NCBI RefSeq assembly: GCF_009914755.1
Contig: NC_060937.1
DNA: 64,000 nucleotides
Origin: the human T2T-CHM13v2.0 reference genome, Homo sapiens
Strand: one strand, 5' to 3'
Shown here: piece after piece, positions 1-13,850 of the stretch
Position numbering within the stretch: the first letter of the stretch is position 1
Layout of the letters: each line of letters starts with the position of its first letter
Program-made: the position numbers and the translations under genes
The notes under the pieces: generated by a model
The model's input: the letters and a program-made list of their open reading frames with translations, nothing else
Told to the model about the DNA's origin: nothing
Databases searched by the model: none

Positions 1-64
1 GAATTAAGTTCTGGGTTTTTTTTTTTTTTTAGTAGCTAATAGTGTGTGAGCCTATTTTAATGAC

Positions 65-99
<35 letters not shown>

Positions 100-131
100 A
101 TATATGTATATATATGTTGAACACATATATG
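65..131. repeat. Compound (TG)n/(TA)n microsatellite
   Basis: tgtgtgtg...tatatatg read directly. Confidence 0.9.
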
Positions 132-506
132 TTTAAGAGAAATTCCAAATGTATTGCAGCTCATATTTGGATATAACTATTGAGTTTGTAGTGTCTGTGG
201 TGGCTTTTTCATGAGTCCAGGAAACATCAGAAATGATTTTTACCACGGATATTAGTTATCTTGCCTCTGCTGGTGAAACTGCTATTCAGTTAAGCAAGCA
301 TGTCAGTTCACTGAGAGCCAAGTTAAAGTATGTTTTTTTGATGATATGTAGAAAAAGAAAGTAAAATAAGAGTAAAAATTGGATTTTTTTCTCTTAAAAA
401 TGTATAAGGCTTTCTGTGTTATCTACCTCTTTTGTATGGCACATTAAAAATTGGAAATAAAAATTGAATTGGACTTCTTTCAAATATAGAGCATTCTCAG
501 TGTCTG

Positions 507-563
507 ATATATATATATATATGCCATATATATATACACACACAAACATATATATATATATAT
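507..563. repeat. (TA)n/(CA)n microsatellite
   Basis: atatatat...acacacac...atatata read directly. Confidence 0.9.
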
Positions 564-1249
564 AATCTCAGTGTTCATTATATGTAAAATTAGATACATA
601 TATAAAATAAAATACATTCTCTCAGTAGACAGTGATGAAATGATATATCAGATAGTAATATCAGTTATTGTATTTGACTAAAAGTGCACCATACAGTTTC
701 ATGATTAATGCTGCTTCTGCTGAAACATTGACCCCCAAAATATTTTCAATGAGGTATATTCATTAGAGGTCTTCCTGACTTCTTTGAGTTCTGTTCTCAG
801 ATGTTCCTGGAAATAAGTACATAGAAAAATAGATCTTTCTACTATTAATTTTGTTTTTTCAAGTAATAACATTCCTAGAAAAGACAAAAGTATTTTTGAA
901 AATTGAGTATAGAAAAGGTTTACTGAAAATAAACGTGAAGATGTAGCACATAGACTGAAAAGTTAGTAGTGAGTCTGAGGAGTTGGATGGCAGTTAGGTG
1001 GAGAAACCAACCAACCCAACAGGCAAGAAGGAGGAGGCAGAGCATGAGTCCCAGTGCCAGTGGATCATTAACCAGGAGGCAGACCTCAGGGTCCTGCTCT
1101 CTATGGCAAAATGCAAGGAGAGTGGGAGAGTTTGAATTCCAAGTTATTCCTCCACTATGTTGTGGTCAGTTATTTATTTCATGAATGTATCTTTTAATTT
1201 TTAAACTTGAAATCACAGAGAATGAAGAATTTAAAAAGGTTTAAATTCT

Positions 1250-1367
1250 GGCCAACATGTAATTCCAACATTTTGGGAGGCCAAGGTGGGAGGATCGCTG
1301 GAGACTGGAAGGTCAAAGCTACAGTGAGTTGAGATAGTGCCACTGCACTGCAGCCTGGACGACAAGA
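1250..1367 (+). mobile_element. Old Alu monomer (FRAM/FLAM-like or AluJ fragment)
   Basis: tgtaattccaacattttgggaggccaaggtgggaggatcgct...gccactgcactgcagcctggacgacaagag; a single arm only. Confidence 0.8.
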
Positions 1368-3299
1368 GTATATATATATGGCTTTAAAAGGGGTCTGTTC
1401 ATGTTCCTTCTGGGATTATATAACGTTGCCTTGCCCCTGGACCAGGAAGTGACTTAATGATCACCTAAAGTCCTTTGCATCTTACCATTATTATTATTCT
1501 TTCCTCAGGTAAAGTGAAAATTCATTAAATACAGGATACTTTTTTGTATGTTAAAATTCAACCACAATGGTTGTGGTCATAGTAGAAAAAATGTTCCCCA
1601 AGTTATCTATAAACAGAATATGGAAAGATATAACAAAACATTTAGAAGTTTCTTTTGACTTTTTCCAAATGACGTGTATTTGGCTTTTCAATTTTTATTT
1701 TTATGAGAACTTTGTTTGCCTCACACATGAGAGATTTGATTACATCATGGACTGGGCAATACTGGAGAACACTGAATCCAAAACCATGTTTTATGTAAGC
1801 ATTTATGTTATCCTTGCATTTCAGTTTTCCTCCTGTAAGTGTAGGCGCAGTGTTTAAGGAGGGAGGATACAAAAAGATGAATTATAGAGGAGGAAAATTA
1901 GCAGACAGCCACTGGCAGCAGGGGGCAAGAAGCCAAGTGGAAAGACCAGCAGTAGAGATAACCACGTAAATGGTGGAAAATGGAAGCAATGAAACACTGT
2001 GTTAACCTAACAATCAGTTTTGGATTTAGGTCATCAGGCTGCGTGTGGTAGAATGAAGATTTCACTTTTATTTACTAAACACTATTGGAGGGGTAAAGGT
2101 TGCCTTTAAACAGTGTCATCCCATTATTTCTATAATAGAATTGTCTCACAGAAGCCCTAAATCAAAAATTTCACTTTGGGACTATGTTTTATTGTATCCT
2201 TTCTAAAGTAGCTTGGTTCCCATCAACTTGAGATAGGCCTAATTTTATGTCCTATCTTTGACTTTAGTTTTTGTTAAGTGTATTAAACATCACTTTTTTT
2301 CTGATGAAATGAGCAATCCAGTAAATGCAGTCTCTTATCTTGTGCTTATTAACTACAGACCACGCTGGTTTAAAATATGAAGTGGTTTATGGGACACTAA
2401 ATTGAAACCATCTTGGGTGAAATACATTTGAAAGACACAACACAGGCATGTATCACTTTATTTTCATTTCCGACTGTCAGCAGAAATTGGAGACAACACT
2501 CTTCCTTTCTGTTTGATTATTCTATTATCGACAGAATGAGGAGTGTTGGAGACATACATGCTGATTTAGTGTTGTGCTGATGAAACCATTCAGGTTGTGT
2601 GATGTGTCATTTTTCACTGCTGCCTTATCAAGGTGTTTCAGCTGTGCCTAAACCAGCCCTGGTAATTGCTTTAGTTGCTTGTGGCAAAGTTATGTCAATG
2701 TCAGTCCCTAAATGACTTTTGGCTGCTTCATGTCAGATGTTCTCTCCAAAGAAAGACAGTGTAAGGGACTTTTTATACCTGGGTATGGGTGTTAATTCAA
2801 AGTCTAAAAAGAAAAGGTGTTGTTTTGTTCTTCCCCACCTAATCAAAACTCAAATGCAAAGGCTGCCATTTCTGTTTTAAAATGAAGAGAGTACAATTAA
2901 GTTCATGATTCACTTCAAGTGTGATCTTATCCTATATTGATAGCTTTTTTCCCTTGGTCCTAACTGTAAATGTGAGTCAAGTACAGCTTTGAACAAGTGC
3001 AGTGTACAAGTAGTTATGATGTAGGTGCGCTTCCTTATGCAATATCTGCTTAAAACCTATTTCTAATGTTTATGCAACTCCAGTGCTTCTCCAAACTCTT
3101 TAAGTCTCCAGTTTAGGGGTTTTTAATTATGATGATGATGTTTGGATTTGAGGAGGAATATACAATTAAAGAGGCGAATGAAGAGTGTTTTTTTCCTTAA
3201 AAAAAAAAACATCTATAGTTTTAATAGTTGACTTACAAATTCGTGTTGATCAAGATTCAGAGGCACAAATATATATTTATACATCCTCCACACATGTAT

Positions 3300-3770
3300 G
3301 GACTGGACACTGTTCTGTTCACCAGTATTCACAATATGCTGTGATCCTTTTTCTACATCAATTATTTTAATAGTTGTATACTTCACCATTGTATAACTCT
3401 TCAGATTCAGCATTTGTTTTGTTTCCAATCTGTGCTAGTAAAAAGAGTGCTGTAATCAGCCTTTTGCATACATTTTAGTTCATTTGTTGAAAAATTATCT
3501 GGAAACATTTCAGACATATATTTACTGCATCAAACAGTATGTCCATTTTAAGAATTCTTAAAAATGTCGTCAAGCAAACCCTCAGACTATTTTAACCCAT
3601 TTATATGATCACTTAGAACATATAAGAATGTTGATTACTCCACATAACCAAAACTAGAGATAGAGTGCTTTCAAAATCTTAACCAATACAAGAAGTGGAA
3701 AGCTGCATCCCATAACTGTTTGATTTTTTTGGATGTGAGAGATGTTGAGTAATTTTTCTAGATCCAAGGA
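3300..3770 (-). mobile_element. Ancient L1 (L1ME-like) 3' fragment
   Basis: Diverged antisense L1 3'-end motifs (catttgttttgtttccaatctgtgctagtaaaaagagtgctgtaat); boundaries approximate. Confidence 0.5.
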
Positions 3771-3859
3771 CTACTTTTTATTACTATACAATTTCAGAAG
3801 ATACCAAAGCAGGTCAAAGTAATGAAGATTTGAACTGGGCTTTAAAAAATGGTGCCAGA

Positions 3860-3985
3860 GGCCAGGTGCAGTGGCTCATGCCTGTAATCACAGCACTTTG
3901 GGAGGCCAAGGCAGGTGGATCACCTGAGGTCAGGAGTTCGAGACCAGCCTGGCCAACACAGCAAAACTGTTTCTACTAAAAAAAA

Positions 3986-4017
<32 letters not shown>

Positions 4018-4303
4018 CATACACACACACACACACACATATATATGTATGTATGTATATGTGTATATATACATGTATATGTATATATATACACACATAT
4101 ATATACACACAAAAGTCAGCCAGGTGTGGTGGTGCATGCCCGTAATCCCAGCTACTCAGGAGTCTGAGGCAGGAGAATCTCTTGAACCCGGGTAGCAGAG
4201 GTTGCAGTGAGCTGAGATCACACCACTACACTCCAGCCTGAGTGACAGAGTGAGACTCCATCTCAAAAAAATAAATAAGTAAAAATAGAATAAAAAAATA
4301 AAA
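3860..4303 (+). mobile_element. AluSx-like element with an expanded microsatellite in the middle linker
   Basis: ggccaggtgcagtggctcatgcctgtaat; gatcacctgaggtcaggagttcgagacc; right arm resumes at ~4111; A-rich tail 4265-4303. Confidence 0.95.
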
Positions 4304-4324
4304 TGGTATTAGGATTTGGGGAAT

Positions 4325-4628
4325 GAGGAGCAAATTCAAATGTGTAAGAGAGCTTGTGGGCAACTGAGGTAAGCTTTCCAGGGTAGGGACTGTTGAGAAC
4401 TAGAGAGTATATGTGCAGCATGGCTGGTGTAACTTTACAGCCACAGCCAGTAGATGATAAACTTCATAAACTGACACTCAATGTTGTCAGATCTCCCAAA
4501 ATTTAAAGAGAAGCTTGAAATAAGATCTTTATTTATACCTCCTCTTAGGGAGTGTGTTCTGTATGTTTTGCCAAAAATCTACCTGCTCTCTGAATTTGGC
4601 TCATGTACTACCTTTGGTAAACCATTGA
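4325..4628 (+). mobile_element. MER102-like hAT-Charlie DNA transposon
   Basis: gcaaattcaaatg...gggactgttgagaactagagag...tgttgtcagatctccc...agagaagcttgaaat resemble recalled MER102b consensus. Confidence 0.6.
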
Positions 4629-4629
4629 T

Positions 4630-5070
4630 ATTTATGGATTGATAGGGCATTTCATGTCAAGATAACAAAATGAATAAAAGCTGGAAAACCTGGGACAAGT
4701 TTGATAGAATGGGATGGTCTGGAACTCTATCTCGGTGAATTGCTAGAGATGAAGCGAGGTACTGTAGATAAGTCAGGATAGAGTGAATTGATTTGCAGAC
4801 TATTTTAATATGCAAGCAGAGAAGACTCTGCTGAATCTAGTTTAAAATAAAGATAAGATTGTTCCTTCAAGTGTGTTTTGTTTTGTTTATGAAAGAATTA
4901 CATTAGTACTAAAAAGAGAGAGATGTAAGAAGGAGAAGTTCAGAGAAGCTGTTGTGATATTCTAGGCAAGAGATGATAAAGTGTTAGATTGAAGCAATAG
5001 TTTTAGTAATTTAGAAGGGAGAAATGAGACAAAGGCTGAAGAGGGAATTTAATAATATGTTCTAAGCCAT
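4630..5070 (-). mobile_element. L2 fragment
   Basis: gaagctgttgtgatattctaggcaagagatgataaagtgttagattga is a typical antisense L2 motif. Confidence 0.55.
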
Positions 5071-5759
5071 TGCATAAAAGATGTCTTTCACTCTTGTTTC
5101 TTACATTTTTTGCTTCTGTGATTTTAAATTGTGTATCGTTCTTCTTATAAGTATAGTTATCCCTACAGGGGATAGTTTCTCTAGATGATGGTAGATGTCA
5201 ATAAATACAGAGTATATTATTCACCATTTATAATTGGATTACAAAGGCAAAACAGTGATTGGTAATATATAAGTGTTAATGATTAAAGGAAGTTATAGTT
5301 TCTCTTCTAAGTCATTACAAAGGCTTATTATATATAATATAATACATAATAATTATTCAAGGCTTCTTCAGATGACTAAAGATATTGGCAATCTGGGAAC
5401 AATATAACATTAATTTGGCATTGAAATGGTCGGTTGAGACTAAACTGTGCTCAGACTGTAAACAAATCATCAGCAGTGGATAAAGAAGGCCAGAGGACCA
5501 CATAAATCACTTTTACTCTCTTTAATAAACTGTCTGTCATTAATTATTGGTCACATGACTAATTACAAGGGTTAAAACAGAGATAAGGGTAAAATACTAC
5601 CCAGGTTTTAAAACTTTGATGCCTAGAATAACTGATTTTGGAGGTAAGATAATTTCTATAAAGCATATCAACTTGTTGAGCAGGCATTACACTGTGGGTG
5701 GCCTATGGGATAAAATGGATAATACTGATACCTATGTAACTAATTGCATTTGTGTTAAT

Positions 5760-6270
5760 ATTTCAATTAAACTCAAATTTTATATATTGTAACATAATTT
5801 ATCCACATGGATTAAAAAATTTAAATACTAAAAGGTATAAAGAGAAACATCTTTCCCACCTATGGTCAAAAATTTCCCAATTCTCATACTGCCTTCTGCC
5901 ACTGTCTCCTAAAAGGGTAGCTATTCTGTTTATGTATCTGTTCACTTTCTCTATTTACAGGCAAAAAATGTGAAATTGTATCTATATTGTTCACCATTTT
6001 TTTTCCTGTTTTACAAGAAAAGATACCATAATATGCATACCCTTTCACAACTTTTTTCTAAGGTGGCTTTATCTCTTAGAGAACTTTGCATACCAGTACA
6101 AGGAAAGCCTACTTATGCTTGTTTATACAATACATAGCATTCCATTCCATAGATATAGCATAGTCTCTTTTAATAATTCAGTATTGATGTAGACTTGGAT
6201 ACTTCCAGTATTTTGCTATGATACACAATGTTGTATGTGAGCGACTATAGTTGTAGGATAAATTCCTAAC
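5760..6270 (-). mobile_element. Ancient L1 (L1ME-like) 3' end
   Basis: cattccattccatagatatagcatag...gacttggatacttccagtattttgctatgatacacaatgttg. Confidence 0.6.
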
Positions 6271-7604
6271 ACATTTTTAGTAGTTGTAACACCTGCTATG
6301 TTTGTGAAATAATCTTAGCATGTCTGAATGTAACTAAGTCTAAATAGCTGTCAACTGAAGGGCTTAAGTTTTGGCTACAAATGGTACCAGTGTATCTGGC
6401 AACACTTAAACCTAGACAATTGTGCAATATAAAGTAGAGACCACTCCCTGCAGTCAGAGTTAGGAGCTCTTTTCTCTTACAGACCTGATTATCTTGCCTT
6501 TGTCATTGGCCATTCATCCCACTCACCTACCACTTCAGGAAATTCTACCCTATAGCTGCCTACATTTTGACCCAATAGTGGTCTCTGAATTATCACATGA
6601 CTCACACACCAGATTTAAGGTGGAACGGAGCTCAGTGGGAAGCTAGGAAATTTTCTGTAACTGCTGAACATGTCAGAATCAGTATGGAATGGACAACCTG
6701 GGTCCACCTGAACTTCCGCTCTTCCTTTTGTCTGCAGAAAAAGAAGGGCTTGATTGGACCAATTTCAGTATGAGCATCTCTACACTGTCTTTAACTCTTG
6801 CTTTTTGCAGTCAGGAAGCTGTGTTAGACCTCAGACCTGGAGAAATGCCTCTACATTCTCCTGAAGAGCTCTATTCTGATTTTCATTTTTGATTTATAGA
6901 AAATATATCGTATATATTTTTTTAATTTGGAAAGAAATTGAGAAACATATTCTGAACCTAGTGTTTTATGGCATGCAGATGGAATGGGTAGTATCTGTAC
7001 AGATAGATAACAATAGGAATAATTTTAAAATGTTGTATATTATGAGATTCCCTTTTGTGAAACACAGCCAAGAGAAAATGCCCTCTAATGGTAGATAAAT
7101 ATGCAATTTGACCTAGTGGCCTGTGGACCAATAATGGGAAATTCAGAAGTTTAAATCCATCAAGAGAAATGACAGCTAGTAGACCATGGAGTGATAACCA
7201 CTCTAAAGCTGATTTATACGCACCTGAATGTAACTAAGTAGATATGACTGGAAGAGTGGCAATTTTGCTGCTGAGTCCATATCTAGACATGCCAAAAGAA
7301 AAGAATGCTTATTTTTAAAATGATGTCCCTATTTTTAAAGTGATATAACTATTTTGTTTGTTCATGTTGGTTTTGACCTGGAATATCTCTAAAGGTCATC
7401 TTGTTATCTAGTCATATTGGTACCTAAACTGGAACAAATAGAAAATTCCTTATGGCACTTATGTGCAGCCATCATGATTTCATCACAAACAGTGTATCTA
7501 GTCAGAGACCTCAAAGTCTAGAAGTTTGTGATCTTTCTGAATATTTGACATTCCCTTTACCTCAGCAGCTTGTTACGTGACCAAGACCATTACTAAAATG
7601 GATG

Positions 7605-8860
7605 GTGATTTATTAATTTCACAAATATTCGCTGAGTGTTCACCAAGTATAATTTATTGTGCTAGGTGTTATGAGCAAAAAAAAAAAATGAACAAAGCAG
7701 TCACTGTCCCCAAGGATATGTGCACACATATTATTATAATTATAATAGGCTAAAATGGGACATGTGCCCTCAGTGCAGACATTTCAAGGAAGGAAATGTA
7801 GCTTCCAGATGGCAGATCATGACAATTGTCATGGAAAAATATGCCCTCTCAGTTTGTGGATATGGAGAAATAGAAACAAGGGACTCTTATGGGTTGAATC
7901 GTGTTTTCTTAAAATTTGTATGTTGAAGTTATAATTCCCAGTACCTCAGAATGTGATTTTATCTGGAGATAGGATGTTTACAGAGGTAATCCAGTTAAAA
8001 TGAGGTCGCCACTGTGAGTCCTAATTCAATATGACTGGTGTCCTTATTAAAAGGGACACAGAGACACAAATGGAAGGAAGACAGTGTGAACAGACACAGG
8101 GAGAAGATGGCCATCTACAAGCCAAGGAGAGGGTCCTGGAATAGGTCTTTGCCTTACATGCCCCAGAAGGAACCGACTATGCCAACACCTTGCTTTTGGA
8201 CTTCTAAACTGCACAATAGTGAGACAGTTCATTTCTGTTTTTTAAGCCAACCAGTTTATGGTGCTTTATATGGCAGTGTTAGTAATCCAATACAGGGAGA
8301 TTCTGAGCAGAGGAAACCAGAGAAAGAAAGCCTGGTATATAGGTTTAGAGGAATTTGGCTGGAATGTGAAGTACGCAGAGAGATAGCAGATGTGACTGAA
8401 ATGGGAGTTGAATGGGATTAAGGAGGGTCTTCTAAGCCAAAGCTATAGAACCAGAAATACAGAGTAAAGTCTCAAAGCAATGCATGACAGATGACTGATA
8501 ACGCTTATATGGTCCAGTCTGGTCAGTGGAAGAGGCTGCTCTCATTTCAAAGCAACTGACCTAGGCCCTTTCTATGTGCCCAGATTCGATTCTATGGCCA
8601 CAAGATCCTATGCCGTGGCAACAAGAACTGGGGGTATCAATATCTCCAAGTATGTGTTATTCGTTTTTGGCCTCCCTTTTTGAGAGTCTTTCTATAGGAA
8701 ACAAAGAGCCATTGAAAGCTTTTGATTAGCAGTGTGACACAGTAAGAGCTATGCTTGAGGATGATTGCCTTTGATGGCTAGGAAGGGTACCAGACTGGGC
8801 AAGTGACTGGGAAGCAGTTTCAAGAATACAGGTAAGAAATAATGAGGTTTTGAATTAGGA
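7605..8860 (-). mobile_element. L2 fragment interrupted by an MLT1 LTR
   Basis: acaaatattcgctgagtg...tgtgctaggtg (L2 3' end) and gagccattgaaagcttttgattagcagtgtgacac downstream of the LTR. Confidence 0.55.
7885..8294 (+). mobile_element. MLT1B-like MaLR solo LTR
   Basis: ttatgggttgaatcgtg...agtacctcagaatgtga...gagaagatggccatctacaagccaaggaga...aataca; 5-bp flanks gggac/gggag. Confidence 0.85.
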
Positions 8861-10000
8861 CAGCAGCTGTGGTATTAGACAGAGGATATGGCTGTGTCTT
8901 ATGTCCACATTACATTTGTCATTATTCTTTGGTAACTTTGCTTCCATGACTGTTAAGGTGTTTCTTTCGATCTTGATAAGTATGAAGAAGATAACTCCAA
9001 AGGAGTTAGAGATAAGGAATAAAAAGGGATATTTAGCTTTGTTTATTACCCTTTTTAATGGTATTGCAGTATGTTGCAATTCCAGAAGTAGAAGTTCTCA
9101 TAAAACTAAAGATAATTTGCTTATAAATATTCTGATTGATATTTGACAACTTACAGAATTTATGTGGATAAATACAGGACATTGTATTACTTTTGATAAT
9201 TCTGCTATTTGAAAAATACTTATATATTTACTGCTGATATGCAATTTAATTGTATAACATGGGATTTGGGGGTATATGTTTGTGAATGCTTAGCAAACTG
9301 ATTAAGGAAGATACGGCAAGAGCTGACAATAAAAACTAATGGTAATAATATACAGAAATCAATTTGGATATTCTATGGTATTAAATAAAACTTAATTACA
9401 TTATGCCTGCCACTGGGTGGACTAAATTCATATTTCTATGTTACCTAGAGTGGTTAAACATGTTTCTGAAATCGATCAAAAATTGATATTTGGTTATTTA
9501 TCATAGCAATTTCAATATTTCTTCAGTTTTAAAGGAAGCAATCCATTTAAAATACATTTTATAATGCGAGAAATGTTCAGAATATGAGCTGACTTATTGG
9601 AAATTTCAGAGAAATGTCTAAATTTTCTCGAACTTTAACTCAATATTACCCAAAGATATCATGATACCTTGTGCTGCTAACTAGATTATTTTATTGTCTT
9701 TATCTATTGATAAATGCTACGGGTTACATTGATTTTTAGCTGTGTTATCCCTGCAAGATGCATTTTTGTATTTTCTTTGAGTTTAACTTTTAGTACCCTT
9801 TTTTTGACAGCTGCTTAATTGTATTGATTTTTTTCTAGGTCAATAATAATTTAGAGAAGAACATTTTAGTATATTTTGTTTAGAAAATATTGGCTCATAA
9901 CTAGCAGTATTCTGAAAAGTCTAGCTACAAATGCTACACATTCACTGAATAGACTGCTAGATAATAAGCAGACAGGAGTAAAGATTTATTCCAAACTCAT

Positions 10001-10397
10001 TATCTCAGAAGAGTTTCCCAGGAAGCAGACTTAAGATGAAAATGCGTTTGCAGCCAATTTATGGGGCAGTGTCCCAGGAGCAACGCAACGTCTCTAGGGA
10101 AAGTGAAGGAACAAGGATGCAAAAGGGGGAGTTGTACTATAAGGCAGTGAGAACAATAACCCCAGCTGATCCTACCAGTGATCCCACTGGGTGTTTTCAA
10201 ACTGGGATGCCCCCATCCAGCCATGAGTGCGACTGGACCCTTATGCGTACACACAAACCAGTCTCTGGACATAGCTGCCCTGAAGGTGCTGTCAGGGGTT
10301 TGAGCTTTGAGCTGCCAGCAATCCCCAGTAGCTGGGAGAAATGAGTGCCTCCATCCAGAAGGAAGGGTGTAAGCGGCATTCCACAGCATCCTCTGCA
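10001..10397 (-). mobile_element. LTR16-family (ERVL) solo LTR
   Basis: ttcccaggaagcagacttaagatg...ccacagcatcctctgca matches recalled antisense LTR16A-type ends. Confidence 0.7.
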
Positions 10398-10579
10398 CTC
10401 GCAGCTCCATATGTCTATAAAACAACTGATTTTAGAAGGCACATTCAGTTTCTGGTACTAAGTAGTTCCTAATAATTGAAATATTTGCTATTTAGATTTC
10501 TCTGTTATCAGAATCTGCCCATTTTCTTTGAAAAAAAATATATACATCTTTAGAAAATGAGAGAAAATGAAATCGTCTA

Positions 10580-10984
<405 letters not shown>

Positions 10985-11619
10985 TCAGGATTAATATCAG
11001 TAAAACTGTTTTCTTACTGGTAACTGAAAAAATAAAAAAGATATTTAGCTTTGTTCATTACCACCCCATACAAAGATCATTTGCTGTTAAGTAACTATAG
11101 GAAATACTCAATACAATATCTTTTTTTGGTATTTCTGCTTTAATATTAAACATATAGCTTTTCTTTTCAAAATTAATCTTGTCAAAGAGGTTCCACAGTG
11201 ACCTCTTTGACAAGACTTCAATTTATGATACTGAATTTAAATTTTAGGCATATGAATAAGGATGAATCATTTTAATTAGGACTTCATTTGTATTTAATAA
11301 TTATTTTTAATATATAGCAAGTCTAATGTATACATCTTAACTGGATACTGTTGGTTTAGTGATTAAAACAGTACGTTAGCCATCAAAAGGCCCAAATTCT
11401 GGTCCTGTATACATTTTAAATTCTATTCTCAATTCTTTGAACTATCAATACTACTGTTTATATTTTGCCTGAAGTACAATTTATATTTTTACATATATGT
11501 GTGTTTTATTTACTCAGTTAAGCTGTATGCTCCTTTCAAACAGAATTGTGTCTTCTTTGTAGATGAATGCTTTTACATCTTGAAACCTTAATTATTGTGG
11601 TGGGAGGGTGAAGATTATT

Positions 11620-12378
<759 letters not shown>

Positions 12379-13474
12379 TAAAGATTAAAATGAATATTTT
12401 CTGCTGACTCAAATGTCATGTTGAGGGTAGCAGAGCAGAAAAGCAAAGGACTGAAGTTTTTTATAATGTCACTGAGCAACCTAGGGGACTATTTTATTTT
12501 ATTTTTTTCACCTTTATATTCCCAGCTCTAAGAACAGTACCTGACACTCAGTTGGAACTTCTTACATACATGTATTTTAAGTAAAAATTTTATTGTAATA
12601 TTACAAAATACTCTAAATGTTAAAAAAAAGAAGGATAGCATTTAAAACTCTTAACCACATTATCAATCTGGAAACATCAGGGATGCCTAAAGTTAAGAAG
12701 GAGCCATAGATAATTTATCTGCATGTAGGACAAACAAAATCCTGAAATAGTTTATTATTTCTCCCATTTCATAAGGAGCTGTAAAATGATGACAAAGGCT
12801 TTTCTGGAATGTCAAAATCATTCTTTTAACTGAAAAAAATGCATCATATATCTGGTAGCAAAAAATCACTGCTTTGAAATTGACTTAATATTATGAATAA
12901 AGATTTTAAGATATCTTTTATTTAAGTCACTACCACCCATTTCCAAGTTACTACAGAGAACTATTTTAATTGCAAAAGTCTATTTTCTCTTTCATTTGAG
13001 AGTACCAGTGTATTCATTTTTAAAAATGGTCTGTGGTAGGCAGCACAAAGGCCTCAAGGCAGACCAGTGCCTGTAGTAGGACTGAGAGCCAGGAAGCTTT
13101 GGCTGTTCCAGGTAGCAGTGTCAGATGCCAAGAGCACCTGAAAGAGCTGATGTCAAGTCTCACGCTTTGTGAGGCATGCCCATTGCAGCCTGGTTGTCAA
13201 TTGCCTTATATCCGGGGCCATGCATGTAGTAGTTCCAAATGATCAAGGTAGAGACATTTCAATTTTGCTCATACTATCTCCACATGGAGTGCTAGTTTTT
13301 TGTATTTTGTTATTTTTAATTTCATATTGGCATTATGGAGCATGAAGTGCCAGAGAATGTATAAGCTTAACACCTGCCATTTAAAATTAATTATGAAACA
13401 CCTCATTTAACATTATAAACACATTACTCTATTTCATGTGCTTGAAATTTTATTTTGAAATGTGGGTGGTCTTA

Positions 13475-13572
13475 TGCCACTTAGCTTAATTGGTTGGACT
13501 CTGGTGCTGATGAGCCTGGAGTCGCTAGTTGATTTTTCTATAAGGTCACATTAGCTTCCCACAGATAAAACA
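13475..13572 (+). mobile_element. MamSINE1-like tRNA-derived SINE 5' portion
   Basis: gccacttagcttaattggttggactctggtgctgatgagcctggagtcgctagttgat resembles tRNA-Ile, followed by ttagcttcccacagataaaa. Confidence 0.65.
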
Positions 13573-13669
13573 AACAAACAAAAAAACAAACAGCTCTTTT
13601 CCTACACTGACATTTCACAGTTAAGGGGGCATGTTATATTTTATGAAAAATATTTTCTCAAATATTTTT

Positions 13670-13850
13670 CCTTGCGTTCACAACAACCCCAGTAGGAAAG
13701 ATTGAAGAGTATTTTTATTTTTATCCTCATTTTTCAGATTATGAATTTTGGAAGAAATTCATACCTAATAGGATTAACTTAGTTGACAGAGCCAGAAATT
13801 TGCTAGGCCAGGTTCTCTGACTTTAAATCTCTTCTCTGTTATATCACACA
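13670..13850 (-). mobile_element. MIR
   Basis: tcacaacaaccccagtagg...ttatcctcatttttcagat...agttgacagagccaga. Confidence 0.7.

Noticed and set aside
3915-4145. Low-complexity Y/I/C/V/H/T ORFs (also 21196-21477)
   Set aside because: Microsatellite translations.
10000-10442. Cluster of overlapping 81-141 aa ORFs
   Set aside because: Confined to a GC-richer LTR16 remnant; no recognisable protein similarity.
13475-13550. Possible tRNA-Ile gene
   Set aside because: Acceptor and T stems and the B-box are degenerate; it continues into SINE-like body sequence.
13645-13670. 11-bp inverted repeat gaaaaatattt/aaatatttttc
   Set aside because: Almost all A/T and low complexity; expected by chance in this composition.
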